IMG/VR virus record: IMGVR_UViG_3300042465_006264
DNA length: 64,000 bases
Reading direction: 5' to 3' (one strand)
Source: an uncultured virus (IMG/VR IMGVR_UViG_3300042465_006264)
Taxonomy: Duplodnaviria > Heunggongvirae > Uroviricota > Caudoviricetes
The position numbers were made by a program, and so were the translations under genes. A model generated the notes under the pieces. The model saw only the letters and a program-made list of their open reading frames with translations, was not told where the DNA came from and did no database searches. This document shows, piece after piece, positions 35,257 to 45,801 of the stretch; positions within the stretch are counted from its first letter, which is position 1; the number at the start of each line of letters is the position of its first letter.

Positions 35257-35637
35257 ATGTATAACAAAGATTTTAATATCCTAGGATTGCTAATAGATTC
35301 GTCTAATAATAAAAAAGACGTTTCTTTTGTTACAGATATCAATTCTTATGTTCAAAAAATAGAAAACATTTGTCGTTTACAACGTGGCGAAATACCATCT
35401 GCTCCGGATCTGGGTGTTGACTATTACTCATTTATTTTTGATCCTATATCATTTAAGGCTTCAATCGAAAACAGCATATCTGTTGCAATTAAAGCTGGCA
35501 TAAAAGATATTAGCAAAGCTAGAACACAAATTGCATATTATGATGATAATATAATAATTTTAAATGTTACATTTACAGCTGGAAACAAAATGCAACAAAC
35601 AACAACAACATGTAAAATCGAGGTAGAACTAGTATGA
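35257..35637 (+). CDS. Baseplate wedge gp25-like
   Basis: QKIENI....RGE.P..PDLG motif; TATAAATA at 35243-35250. Confidence 0.8.
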   Translation: MYNKDFNILGLLIDSSNNKKDVSFVTDINSYVQKIENICRLQRGEIPSAPDLGVDYYSFIFDPISFKASIENSISVAIKAGIKDISKARTQIAYYDDNIIILNVTFTAGNKMQQTTTTCKIEVELV

Positions 35638-36704
35638 CTTTGGACTTTAAAAAATTAAATGTGGTGTCTCTTAACTATAATGACATCATACGATCTCTAA
35701 AAAACTTTTTACGATCTGAACCAAATTTAAAATCTTTAGATTTTGATAATGACAGCAGCGCTATAAGCATGATTTGCAATATTCTTGCAACAGGAGCAGC
35801 ATATAACGGTGTGTATGCACAATTTGGATATCATGAATCCTTTTTAAGCACTGCAAATTTATTAGAATCAATATTTGGATTGGCTTCAAATAGTTCAGTA
35901 TTGCTAGAGGCTAAAAAATCTGCTAGTGTAACCAATACGGTTACAGTTACCGGAAGCACACTGGCACCATATACTCCAATACAAGCAATAACACCAGATA
36001 ATTCTACAATTTACTTTTTTAATTTAAAAGAAGTATCCCCAGATACAACTACATCATTAACTTTATATTCTGGATTAAATCTAGTTCAATATACAGACTG
36101 GGATTTTAATACTCAATCTCTTACAGTTCCTCTAACAGTTGATCCATCGACAATTTCTCTATACACTACCAACGTTATTGGAGAAGAAACTGTATGGGAG
36201 AGAGTAGACAAAACCGATTTTAATAGAGACATTGGTAATTACTTTACTGTCTTGAACACAGTAAATGGTTACTTAGTAACTGCTAAATTGCCAGAATCTG
36301 CAGACATTGCTGCAGATCAAACTGTATATGTCCGAGCAATTACAAGTAATGGAGTTCTCGGAAACAATGCATCTTTAAAACTTCCTTCAAATTTAAAATT
36401 TGAAACTTTTAATACACCAACTGGTGGATACGATTCACTAAGTGTAGAATTAGCAAGATCTAAAGTTCAATTCTCTATTTCTGCTGAAAATCGGTGTGTA
36501 ACATTGGCAGACTATGAAAATGCAATTTTACAATCTGGAATTTCAGGAACAGATGATATATCTAAAATTACAGTAGCAAATAATACAGTTCCAAGTCGAA
36601 TTAAAATTTTTGTCCAAGACTTGCCAGAAAATAGAAAAAATGAATTAATGATTTATCTCGGAACAAAAGCAGTTGCTGGTATCAATTTAATATATTCACA
36701 ATGA
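35634..36704 (+). CDS. Baseplate wedge gp6-like (short)
   Basis: LNYNDII.SLKNFL, ESFLSTA and ENRCVT..DY motifs. Confidence 0.8.
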   Translation: MTLDFKKLNVVSLNYNDIIRSLKNFLRSEPNLKSLDFDNDSSAISMICNILATGAAYNGVYAQFGYHESFLSTANLLESIFGLASNSSVLLEAKKSASVTNTVTVTGSTLAPYTPIQAITPDNSTIYFFNLKEVSPDTTTSLTLYSGLNLVQYTDWDFNTQSLTVPLTVDPSTISLYTTNVIGEETVWERVDKTDFNRDIGNYFTVLNTVNGYLVTAKLPESADIAADQTVYVRAITSNGVLGNNASLKLPSNLKFETFNTPTGGYDSLSVELARSKVQFSISAENRCVTLADYENAILQSGISGTDDISKITVANNTVPSRIKIFVQDLPENRKNELMIYLGTKAVAGINLIYSQ

Positions 36705-37321
36705 TTTTACTATTTAATAAAATACCTGTTAAGTTAAATAAAAAAATAGAGTTGATGATCTCTAAAGCTAAATCTATTTTAGGATCTGAATTTTTTAATG
36801 TTCAAGGATCAAGATGGTTTGGAGATAAACTAACAACAAATTCATTATTTCCAAAATGGATTATTAAAAAATCAAATGATGATCCAAATAGTGTTTTAAT
36901 TGTTCAAATTATAAAAAGTTATCAGCGATGGTTATTTGATGTTGAAAGAGGTTATGGTGCTGCAGTTCCTTGGGAAACTATTCATGTTCCACACAAACTT
37001 TCGGATAAAATGCTTTTAGGTTTGGCAGACTTATATTTTCCAGAACAAGATTTTTCTTCTGATAATTTAAAACCATTGTTACCAAATTTAAAAGTATTTT
37101 CCTTAAAAGTTGAAGAAAACTATTTTAGAAAAAAGGGAACACCAGACGCAATACAATATCTTTTAATTACTTTACTTGGTCTGCCTTACGATTTATGTGA
37201 AGTTGTAACAGGTAGCCCAGGTTTTATAATTGTAAGAGCAAATGTTCCTGATCAATATAAGGATTTTTTAAATAAATCTGTTTATCCAGCCGGGATGAAA
37301 ATTATTTATGAGAGTGTATAA
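36701..37321 (+). CDS. Baseplate wedge gp7-like fragment
   Basis: YFRKKGT.DAIQYLL and VYPAGMK motifs; follows gp6. Confidence 0.6.
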   Translation: MILLFNKIPVKLNKKIELMISKAKSILGSEFFNVQGSRWFGDKLTTNSLFPKWIIKKSNDDPNSVLIVQIIKSYQRWLFDVERGYGAAVPWETIHVPHKLSDKMLLGLADLYFPEQDFSSDNLKPLLPNLKVFSLKVEENYFRKKGTPDAIQYLLITLLGLPYDLCEVVTGSPGFIIVRANVPDQYKDFLNKSVYPAGMKIIYESV

Positions 37322-37323
37322 AA

Positions 37324-37764
37324 ATGTTCAGCAAAATAATGTCCTTTGCGATGGCTATTGCATCTAGAGGATTAAAAAACAATAAAATTGATGTTGAAAC
37401 TAAAAAATTAAGACATGTTTCTTGTTATGGTTTAAATGATATATCGCCTTGCAAATATCTAACAAAAAGCGATAAATCAAACCATTTTTATTGTAAAGCA
37501 TGCAATTGTGGAGATCACCCACACACTTGGCTTGAAAGAGAAGATGGAATTTACTCAAAGCTAGATTATCCACAACTTAATTGCCCTTTAAAAATGCCAG
37601 GATTTACAAACTATGATCCTAATTCTCCATTAGAAGAAAATGAAAGAAAAAAACAAATTGAAAGTATGAATTTTGATAATTTAAAATTGATAACACTTAC
37701 AGTCTCGGTTGATAAAGAAAAAGAAGAAATATTTGAACGAGTAAACAATATAATAAAAAATTGA
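37324..37764 (+). CDS. Cys-containing hypothetical protein
   Basis: R..SC, PC, YCKACNCG and LNCPL motifs, similar in layout to 22010..22669. Confidence 0.7.
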   Translation: MFSKIMSFAMAIASRGLKNNKIDVETKKLRHVSCYGLNDISPCKYLTKSDKSNHFYCKACNCGDHPHTWLEREDGIYSKLDYPQLNCPLKMPGFTNYDPNSPLEENERKKQIESMNFDNLKLITLTVSVDKEKEEIFERVNNIIKN

Positions 37765-37775
37765 TAAATATTTTT

Positions 37776-38603
37776 ATGCAGCCGACCACTAAACAGGAAT
37801 TCATAGACTATTGCTTTAGATCATTGGGTGCCCCCGTAATTCAAGTAAACATTGATCCGGAGCAAGCAGAAGATAGATTAAATGAAGCATTGGAATATAT
37901 GTATGAAAGACACTTTGATTTTAATCAAAGAGCTTGGTTTTTGTATCCAGTAACTGAAACCGATAAAGCGCGTGGTTATTTTGATACCTCGACATTTGGT
38001 GATGCGGTTGGCGCAAAAGGATTTACCTTTGCAAATGGAAATACAGGCATGTGGCCTGTTGCATCTGATATCAGAACAATTACCAAAGTTTACAGACCAT
38101 CAGATATTTCTGGTGACTATATGTTTGATCTTAGATATCAATTAACTTTGTTTGATTTCTTTGGATTGTACTTTAATCAAGGTGGACTCTCAACTGGACC
38201 TATGGCCCAATATATGGAGTCTATGAGTTATCTCAAATTGGTAAATGATGTTTTTAATTATCCTTGTTCGTATACTTTCTCCAGAACAACACAAAGATTA
38301 TTTTTAGAACTAGAAAGTTCCAAAATGATTCCGGGTCAATATATGTTAGTTGAAGCGTATGTTCAAATAGACCCAAGCCAATATTCAAGAGTTTGGAATG
38401 ATCGTATATTTAAAAAGTATTATACAGCGCTACTTAAAAAACAATGGGCTCAAAATTTAATGAAATTTGCTGGTGTACCGCTACCAGGTGGTGCCCAATT
38501 GAACGCTGGTGCAATAATGGCGGATGCTGTAAATGAATTGAATCAAATAGAACAAAGTCTGGTTAAAACGCAAGAATTGCCACCAGATCCTCTTATAGGA
38601 TAA
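37776..38603 (+). CDS. Neck protein gp13
   Basis: FIDYCFRSLGAPVIQVN and KKQWAQNLMKF.GV.LPGG motifs. Confidence 0.9.
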   Translation: MQPTTKQEFIDYCFRSLGAPVIQVNIDPEQAEDRLNEALEYMYERHFDFNQRAWFLYPVTETDKARGYFDTSTFGDAVGAKGFTFANGNTGMWPVASDIRTITKVYRPSDISGDYMFDLRYQLTLFDFFGLYFNQGGLSTGPMAQYMESMSYLKLVNDVFNYPCSYTFSRTTQRLFLELESSKMIPGQYMLVEAYVQIDPSQYSRVWNDRIFKKYYTALLKKQWAQNLMKFAGVPLPGGAQLNAGAIMADAVNELNQIEQSLVKTQELPPDPLIG

Positions 38604-38605
38604 AA

Positions 38606-39271
38606 ATGTTTAATTATTTTTATAATGAAAGTCTCAGAAAACTGGTAGTTGGATTTGGTACACTTTTTAATTCAATATATGTCGAACATGCAAATCCAGA
38701 TAATATAAATCAACCTGTAAAAATAAGAGTGCCTATAACCTATGCACCTCAAGAAAAATTTATTAGAAGATTATTGGAACCATCTTCTATTGCAAACGGA
38801 ACCAGAATCGAAACTCAATTGCCTAAATTGAGTTATATAATGACAACTATAAAACCAGATGCATCAAGAAGAAGAAACAAAACGTTACCACTGTCTTCAT
38901 CAACATTAGTTCAAGATGAGTGTTCAGGAACAGCAAATCAAATTTTTGAACAAGTTCCTGTAAACATTTCTTTTTCTTTGTTTATATATACAAGACACAT
39001 TGATGATACTCTGCAGATTGCCGAGCAGATAATCCCATATTTTAACCCAGATCATATAATTGAAATGGATTTGAATGCAGCGCAACAAAGTATAAGAATT
39101 CCAATTGTAATGTTAGATAACAATATTACTGAAAAATATGATGGAGATTTGACTACACGAAGAATAAATATTTCTTCTTTTAGTTTTCTAGCAAAATCAT
39201 ACATCTATGGTCCAGTAAGAAGTATTACCAAAATTACTGGAGTTGGTGACGTAGATATTGAAGAGATATGA
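38606..39271 (+). CDS. Tail sheath stabilizer / terminator gp15
   Basis: YFYNESLRKLVVGFGTLFN, RVPITYAPQEKF and QIAEQIIPYFNP motifs. Confidence 0.9.
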   Translation: MFNYFYNESLRKLVVGFGTLFNSIYVEHANPDNINQPVKIRVPITYAPQEKFIRRLLEPSSIANGTRIETQLPKLSYIMTTIKPDASRRRNKTLPLSSSTLVQDECSGTANQIFEQVPVNISFSLFIYTRHIDDTLQIAEQIIPYFNPDHIIEMDLNAAQQSIRIPIVMLDNNITEKYDGDLTTRRINISSFSFLAKSYIYGPVRSITKITGVGDVDIEEI

Positions 39272-39729
39272 ATATCAATAAAAATTTATCATCCTTTTTT
39301 AATGTGCCAAACGAAATCCAAAATAGTAAACCTATTTCGGGTGGAACTTTTGATTCTCAAAATTTTCAAAAAGATTATGAATTAGTACAAGGTAATTTTA
39401 AAAATTTATTGGGAACAGGTAATTTGGCTTTAGAAAGCGCTTTAAAAGTAGCAACAGAGTCTGATAGCCCGCGTGCCTTTGAAGTGGTTGCCATATTACT
39501 AAAGACAATGGCCGATCTGAATAACAATGTATTGGATGTTCATAAAAAAGCAAAAGATACAACAAATTCTAAAATTGAAGTCAAACAAACAAATAATTCT
39601 GTGTTTGTTGGTTCGACTAAAGATTTGCAAAACCTAATAAATAAAGAAAGAAGCACTGACAAAAATGTTGTGGAAGCAGAGGTAGTGAATAATGAACAAC
39701 AACCAACAAGGATATCGAAACAATCCTAA
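39268..39729 (+). CDS. Terminase small subunit gp16
   Basis: DYE.V..N, SDSPRAFEV and NNSVFVGST.DLQ motifs. Confidence 0.9.
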   Translation: MNINKNLSSFFNVPNEIQNSKPISGGTFDSQNFQKDYELVQGNFKNLLGTGNLALESALKVATESDSPRAFEVVAILLKTMADLNNNVLDVHKKAKDTTNSKIEVKQTNNSVFVGSTKDLQNLINKERSTDKNVVEAEVVNNEQQPTRISKQS

Positions 39730-41338
39730 TTTAAAACTTCCCGGTGTAGAACTTCAATATACCAAAGAAGAGTTAGAAGAATATGTCAAATGCGCCAATG
39801 ACCCTGTTTATTTTTGTGAAAAATACATAAAAGTTAAAACTCTTGATAAGGGCGTAGTTCCTTTTAAACTATACAATTATCAAAAAAAGTTTATAAATGA
39901 AATTCACAAAAACCGTTTTGTAATTTCAAAATGGCCCAGACAATGTGGTAAATCAACCTGCGTTACTAGTTACATTTGTCATTATGTGACATTTAACCAA
40001 AGTGTTAACGTTGCTATTTTGGCAAACAGATTAAAGACGGCCAAAGAAGAACTTTTTTCTAAATTGCAACTAGCCTATGAGAACCTACCTCATTTTCTTC
40101 AACAGGGGGTCGTAGAATGGAATAAGACGAGTTTTAAACTAGAAAACGGCTCCAGGGTCATGTGCGATGCAACATCGTCTACAGCCATTCGTGGTGGATC
40201 CTATAACCTGCTGCTACTTGATGAATATGCATTCTTACCTAGCCACGTAGCAGAAGAATTTTACACAGCAACATATCCGACAATTTCTGCTGGTACAACA
40301 ACAAAATTAATAATTGTATCTACACCAAACGGTCTTAATCACTTTCATAAACTTTGGGTTGATGCAAACAGGTCAAAAGATCACAAATTAAAAAACAAAT
40401 TTGTGCCGGTTGAAGTTGGTTGGAAAGAAACTCCAATTAGCCCCGGTAGGCCAGAGTTACGTGATGAAAAATGGGCTCAAGAACAAATAGCAAATACAAG
40501 TGCAGAACAATTTGAACAAGAATATGGTTGCAATTTTCTTGGTTCTGCAAATACACTTATATCAAGTACAAAATTAAATGTTCTTGCATCTGAAGAATTT
40601 TTATCAGAAGATTCTGAAGGATTGAGAATTTATGAAAATCCAAATAAAGATAAAATTTATTTTTTAATGGCGGATGTTGCTAGGGGGCAGGGGTCTGATT
40701 ATTCTGCATTCACGGTAATCAGTGGCAACGAAACCCCATATAAAATTGTTGCTACGTTTAGAAACAATACAATAAGCCCATTTGCCTTCCCAAATATAAT
40801 TAAAAAAGTTGGGGAACTTTATAACAATGCATATGTCTTAGTAGAAACTAATGACATTGGTGGACAAATTTCGAATATACTTTATAACGATTTAAACTAT
40901 GAAAACCTTTTAATGACAAAAATCATGGGAAGAAAAGGTCAAATACTTTCTCAGGGTTTTGCTAATGGAAAAAGTGAAATGGGTATCAGAACCACAACCC
41001 AAACAAAAAAATTAGGATGTGCAATATTAAAAAATTTAGTCGAACACGATAAAATTTTAATTAATGATGATAGAATTATACATGAGTTGATGGCGTTTGT
41101 CTCCAAATCAAATACATTTAAAGCAGAGGATGGCCATAACGATGATTTAGTTATGACTTTAGTATTCTTTGCTTGGTTGTGTAGGCAAGAATATTATTCA
41201 GATCTAATAGAAACGGCCAGTATGAACTACGAAGAGGCCAAAAACCCAGAAGAAGACGCAAATTTATTCATGTTAAATTCTAATGATAATGATGACGACC
41301 AATTTACCTCAAACGGTGTTGTTTGGTATCCTGCATAA
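39692..41338 (+). CDS. Terminase large subunit gp17
   Basis: PRQCGKST, LLLDEYAF, VSTPNG and DVARGQGSDYSAF motifs. Confidence 0.97.
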   Translation: MNNNQQGYRNNPNLKLPGVELQYTKEELEEYVKCANDPVYFCEKYIKVKTLDKGVVPFKLYNYQKKFINEIHKNRFVISKWPRQCGKSTCVTSYICHYVTFNQSVNVAILANRLKTAKEELFSKLQLAYENLPHFLQQGVVEWNKTSFKLENGSRVMCDATSSTAIRGGSYNLLLLDEYAFLPSHVAEEFYTATYPTISAGTTTKLIIVSTPNGLNHFHKLWVDANRSKDHKLKNKFVPVEVGWKETPISPGRPELRDEKWAQEQIANTSAEQFEQEYGCNFLGSANTLISSTKLNVLASEEFLSEDSEGLRIYENPNKDKIYFLMADVARGQGSDYSAFTVISGNETPYKIVATFRNNTISPFAFPNIIKKVGELYNNAYVLVETNDIGGQISNILYNDLNYENLLMTKIMGRKGQILSQGFANGKSEMGIRTTTQTKKLGCAILKNLVEHDKILINDDRIIHELMAFVSKSNTFKAEDGHNDDLVMTLVFFAWLCRQEYYSDLIETASMNYEEAKNPEEDANLFMLNSNDNDDDQFTSNGVVWYPA

Positions 41339-41367
41339 AAAATTATAAATAATTTGAAGGCGGAAAA

Positions 41368-42648
41368 ATGGCAAATCCATCATTAAATTCATTCATTTCA
41401 CCAAACTACTACAATAGAGAAAGAGCAGTAGCCCCCCTGTATGCTGCAATGTTGGCGGGGTCTACATTTAAAAGTCCAACTTTTGCTGGAGTTTCTGGTT
41501 CTGCCAGCACCAATCCGGGTGGTTTATTTGGTTGGTTGATATATTCTAGAACATCTTTGGCCACACCAACTAAAGGTAATACATACGATCCTTATATCGT
41601 ATACGACAATCCCTTTGATCTAGTAAATGATTTAAACAATTTGGCAGGAACTACTTATTGTTTGTTGACCCCCAATGCTGGTGGAACATTTGGATTTTTT
41701 ACATACAATGGAAATAACATAGTTGGGTTGACAAATGGTATGGACTTTATGTATGCAATAACATATTTGGCATACGGTGGAACTTTAGTAATTTCCGGAT
41801 CTACAGCAGGTTTAGTTTCATATGAATTGAATACCAACAACCCAATAGATGTTTTGATTGGTCAAAACGGCAGTGTTAGAGAATTGAATTACATTGAGTC
41901 TACACCACAAGTTATAGGAATTTTTGCATCTGTAAATGGCGGTGAAGGATTTACAGCTATTAATTTTGATTCTTTGTTTACAAATCCATCATTTGTTTCG
42001 GGATCAACATATTCTCAAAGAATATTTAATGTGTCGGGAACAAACACAAGAGATCTTGTGACAAGCACATTAAAAGAAAACAGTATGTATAAAGTTGTAA
42101 CATCTATGGTTAGTGATGCAGCAGGAGCATTTGTGCGTGCTAAAAATAATAATACTTTGTATTTTAGTATTGCTGGAAATTCTAATTCATATGTATTGAA
42201 TGGTGCGGTAACCACACCAATTCTATGGACAGAAAAAACTAAAAAAGAAATATATAAACAAAATAGAGTTAATTTTTACACAACATCCAATGGTTTAGAC
42301 TTTTTAGGTTTAGATCTTGTAGGGGCTACTGCAGCGGTTGGAAACACATATTCTACAAATGATAGAGTCGGTCCTTCTAAAATAAAGCAAGACATCGAAA
42401 CTGCTGTAAGAAATATTTTGCTTTTATATGTATTCAAAACAAACGATAGAAATACAAGAGCTGCAATATCTTCGCAAATTTCTACTTATATGAATAATTT
42501 AAGTCAATATTTGGATACAACTTATACTCAAATTTTCTGTGATGAGAGCAACAACACCGATTTTAGTTCTACAATCAATGCACAAGTTGTATTTAAGCCA
42601 CTAATAGCATCCGATGAATTTGTTATAAACGTATCAACAATATCATAA
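41368..42648 (+). CDS. Tail sheath protein gp18-like (short, divergent)
   Basis: YLAYGGTL and C-terminal IFCDESNNT...VVFKP...EFVINV motifs; sits between gp17 and gp19; TATAAATA at 41344. Confidence 0.75.
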   Translation: MANPSLNSFISPNYYNRERAVAPLYAAMLAGSTFKSPTFAGVSGSASTNPGGLFGWLIYSRTSLATPTKGNTYDPYIVYDNPFDLVNDLNNLAGTTYCLLTPNAGGTFGFFTYNGNNIVGLTNGMDFMYAITYLAYGGTLVISGSTAGLVSYELNTNNPIDVLIGQNGSVRELNYIESTPQVIGIFASVNGGEGFTAINFDSLFTNPSFVSGSTYSQRIFNVSGTNTRDLVTSTLKENSMYKVVTSMVSDAAGAFVRAKNNNTLYFSIAGNSNSYVLNGAVTTPILWTEKTKKEIYKQNRVNFYTTSNGLDFLGLDLVGATAAVGNTYSTNDRVGPSKIKQDIETAVRNILLLYVFKTNDRNTRAAISSQISTYMNNLSQYLDTTYTQIFCDESNNTDFSSTINAQVVFKPLIASDEFVINVSTIS

Positions 42649-42652
42649 ACAC

Positions 42653-43231
42653 ATGACCACACCATCATCGAATTCCATAGAAGCCTTTAAGAATGGGTTT
42701 AATGGTGGAACCCGCGCAAACAGATTTGCGGTTTCGTTGCTAAACGCATTTCCTAGTGGCACATTTGCTGTTGATAAACCAAACGAAAAAGAGAGTTTTA
42801 AAATATACGCGGCTAGTTTGCCCTCTGCAGAATTAGGAACTATTCAAGTACCTTATAGAGGCAGAATTTTAAACATAGCTGGTGATAGAAATTACGCCAC
42901 TTGGACAATAGGAATATACGATGACAACAACTCTGATAACTTGTGGCGAAGTTTTCAGCATTGGAAAGAGAGATTAGATGGACATATAACTCACCAAGTT
43001 GGTGGTTCAACCGCGATTAATATATTTAATTTTAAAGGATTACAAAAAGATTGGACGGTACATCAATTACCTTTGAACGGAGATACACCAATAAGAACAT
43101 TTGTATTAAAAAATTGTTGGCCAGAATTAATTACACAAATAAATTTAGATATGACTGCTGGTGGTTTTGTCAAGTTTACAGTAAATATGGTGTACGATTA
43201 CTATGAAATAACAAAAGGATTAGGTGCATAA
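42653..43231 (+). CDS. Tail tube protein gp19, copy 1
   Basis: GGTRANRF, ASLPSAELGTIQVPYRGRIL.IAGDR and CWP motifs. Confidence 0.88.
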   Translation: MTTPSSNSIEAFKNGFNGGTRANRFAVSLLNAFPSGTFAVDKPNEKESFKIYAASLPSAELGTIQVPYRGRILNIAGDRNYATWTIGIYDDNNSDNLWRSFQHWKERLDGHITHQVGGSTAINIFNFKGLQKDWTVHQLPLNGDTPIRTFVLKNCWPELITQINLDMTAGGFVKFTVNMVYDYYEITKGLGA

Positions 43232-43232
43232 T

Positions 43233-43781
43233 ATGGCTGAAATAACTATTTCAAGTTTTAAAGATGCATTTAATGGTGGTACGAGATCTAATAGATTTGT
43301 AGTAGAAGGAAATATACCACAGCCAAGTGGTACTGCCGAATTTAGTAAATTTCACATTCAAACCACTACAATACCTAGCGTAAGTTCTCAAAGAATTCAA
43401 TATGAATATTTTGGAAGAAAAGCATATTATCCGGGAGAAAAACAATATGGTCCTTGGTCTGTTATTGTTTTAGACGATATTGGAGAAGGAAAAGATATGT
43501 GGAAAATATTTTCTAATTGGCATAACTGGATCAACAATCACGTTACCAATACGAGCTATGTAATAGCAGGAAGCAACACTTATAAAACAGATTTTACTAT
43601 TAGACATTTAACGCTAAATGGGGAATCCAGCCCAAATGATCATAAAAAATTTATGCTTAAGGGCTGTTGGCCAAAAACAATTGAACCAATATCTTTTAAT
43701 ATGGAAACACCAAATAGTATTGTAAGATTTTCTGTAGTTTTTGTTTGTGACTATTTTGAGATACCGGGAATTACTGATTAA
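43233..43781 (+). CDS. Tail tube protein gp19-like, copy 2
   Basis: GGTRSNRF, YFGR....PGE, GCWP and FSVVF..DYFE motifs. Confidence 0.8.
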   Translation: MAEITISSFKDAFNGGTRSNRFVVEGNIPQPSGTAEFSKFHIQTTTIPSVSSQRIQYEYFGRKAYYPGEKQYGPWSVIVLDDIGEGKDMWKIFSNWHNWINNHVTNTSYVIAGSNTYKTDFTIRHLTLNGESSPNDHKKFMLKGCWPKTIEPISFNMETPNSIVRFSVVFVCDYFEIPGITD

Positions 43782-43810
43782 TGTTGATATAACTATTATA
43801 GAGATTAACC

Positions 43811-45382
43811 ATGGAAATAGAAGTATTTGGATTCGAATTTGGAAAGAAAGAAAAAACTAAACAAGAAGTTCAAGATATCGCATTGAAAAAAATAGCCGCA
43901 CCCGAGACATTTGACGGAACCGTTACTGTCGAGGCTGGTGGCTATTTTAGTTCTGCTATAGATTATACAGGAACACTAAAGGACGAGAGCAGTGCTGTAA
44001 TACAATACAGAAACATGTCTGTCTACCCTGAAGTAGACAATGCAATTGAAGAAATTATAAATGCTGCAATTGTAAAGGGATCTGATGTAAACCCAATAAA
44101 ATTGGATCTTAAAAATTTATCAATACCAGATTCAATTAAAGTAAAAATTTATAGAGAATTTGATAACATCTTGCATCTTTTAGATTTTAACCACAAGGGC
44201 TATGAAATTTTTAGAAGATGGTATATCGATTCGCGTCTTTTTTATAATATTGTAATTGATAAAGATAATCCTATCGATGGTATTAAAGAAATTATACCAA
44301 TTGATCCATTAAAAATTAAAAAGGTTCGTAAAGTTAAAAAAGAACAAGAAAGAACAAAAAGTGGTTCTGTCAGTTTAATAAAAGAAATTGAAGAATATTA
44401 TATGTACACTGATTCTGATAAAGAATCATTTTTAATGACGGGTCCTGCAGGTCTTCAACTTTCATTAGATAGCGTTGTTTATGTTCCATCGGGATTGATT
44501 GACATGAACACAAAGCGGGTTTTGGGGTATCTGCATAAGGCCATTCGACCTTTAAACATGCTTAGACAACTAGAAGATGCTCTTCTAGTTTACCGTGTAG
44601 CCCGCGCACCCGAGAGAAGAGTATTTTACGTAGACGTTGGGCAATTGCCAAAACAAAAAGCAGAACAATATTTACGCGATATGATGAGTCGTTTCCGTAA
44701 TAGAATTATATATAACCAATCTACTGGAGAGATAAGAGACGAAAGAAATCACCTCTCAGTTCTTGAAGATTATTGGCTCCCAAGACGAGAGGGATCTCAG
44801 GGAACACAGATTTCTGTTTTGCCTGGTGGCAACGCTATGTCTCAAATTGAGGACGTTGATTACTTTAAAAAGAAATTATATAACTCTTTAAATGTCCCAT
44901 TGAGTCGTTTGGTTGCGGAGCAAACTGGATTTAACATGGGTCGATCTCTAGAAATTACTAGAGAAGAAGTTAAGTTTTATAAATTTATTGATAGATTGAG
45001 ACACCATTTTGCTAAGTTGTTTGTAGACTTTTTACGTGTGCAATTGTTGCTAAAGGGTGTTATAACTGAAGAAGATTGGAATGTTTTAAAGAAAGATATT
45101 AAATTTGTATACAATACAGACAATTATTTCTGGGATCTTAAAGAGGCTGAAATACTGTCTGAAAGAATTAAAATGCTTTCTATTGTTGAACCTTATGTTG
45201 GTAAATATTTCTCAACTGATTATATAAAATCTAAGATTTTACGACAAACTGAAAATGAAATAAAAGAACTTGATAAGCAAATGGAAGTTGATAGAGAAAG
45301 AATGCGTCAAGAACAGATGATGTTGATGGCACAACAACAAGCCATGGCACAACAGCAAGCAGCACCAGAAGGACAACAATGA
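43811..45382 (+). CDS. Portal protein gp20
   Basis: YRVARAPERRVFYVDVGQLPK and EDYWLPRREG motifs. Confidence 0.97.
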   Translation: MEIEVFGFEFGKKEKTKQEVQDIALKKIAAPETFDGTVTVEAGGYFSSAIDYTGTLKDESSAVIQYRNMSVYPEVDNAIEEIINAAIVKGSDVNPIKLDLKNLSIPDSIKVKIYREFDNILHLLDFNHKGYEIFRRWYIDSRLFYNIVIDKDNPIDGIKEIIPIDPLKIKKVRKVKKEQERTKSGSVSLIKEIEEYYMYTDSDKESFLMTGPAGLQLSLDSVVYVPSGLIDMNTKRVLGYLHKAIRPLNMLRQLEDALLVYRVARAPERRVFYVDVGQLPKQKAEQYLRDMMSRFRNRIIYNQSTGEIRDERNHLSVLEDYWLPRREGSQGTQISVLPGGNAMSQIEDVDYFKKKLYNSLNVPLSRLVAEQTGFNMGRSLEITREEVKFYKFIDRLRHHFAKLFVDFLRVQLLLKGVITEEDWNVLKKDIKFVYNTDNYFWDLKEAEILSERIKMLSIVEPYVGKYFSTDYIKSKILRQTENEIKELDKQMEVDRERMRQEQMMLMAQQQAMAQQQAAPEGQQ

Positions 45383-45801
45383 CTAACATATCAGAAATAA
45401 TTTTAAAGAGTGGTTTACAGTCTTTAATTTATGAAAATGATGATGCATTCAAAAGAAGTTTAATAAACACTTTATCATTTAAACTTAATGAAGCACTCAA
45501 AGAAGTAAACAAATCACTATCTTCTAATATTTTATTTAAAGAGGAAAAAACTGAAATAACAGAAGATGTTAAAACATTAATAGAGTTTTTTGAAAATTAC
45601 AATCTAAAAACTAATTGTTCTTTAAAATTAAAAAATAATGTAAACATAAATATTTCAGAATCGGATGTAAGTAAACTTAAAAGACTATTTAATTCTTTTA
45701 ATTCAGAAAATAGAAAAATAATGGCAAAAGAATTGTTAGAAAATTCAGCAAAATTTAAAAACACTTTAAATTTTTATGAAAATGTAAAAGGACTAATATA
45801 A
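45379..45801 (+). CDS. Hypothetical protein (prohead-core region)
   Basis: Lies between the portal and protease genes. Confidence 0.7.
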   Translation: MTNISEIILKSGLQSLIYENDDAFKRSLINTLSFKLNEALKEVNKSLSSNILFKEEKTEITEDVKTLIEFFENYNLKTNCSLKLKNNVNINISESDVSKLKRLFNSFNSENRKIMAKELLENSAKFKNTLNFYENVKGLI

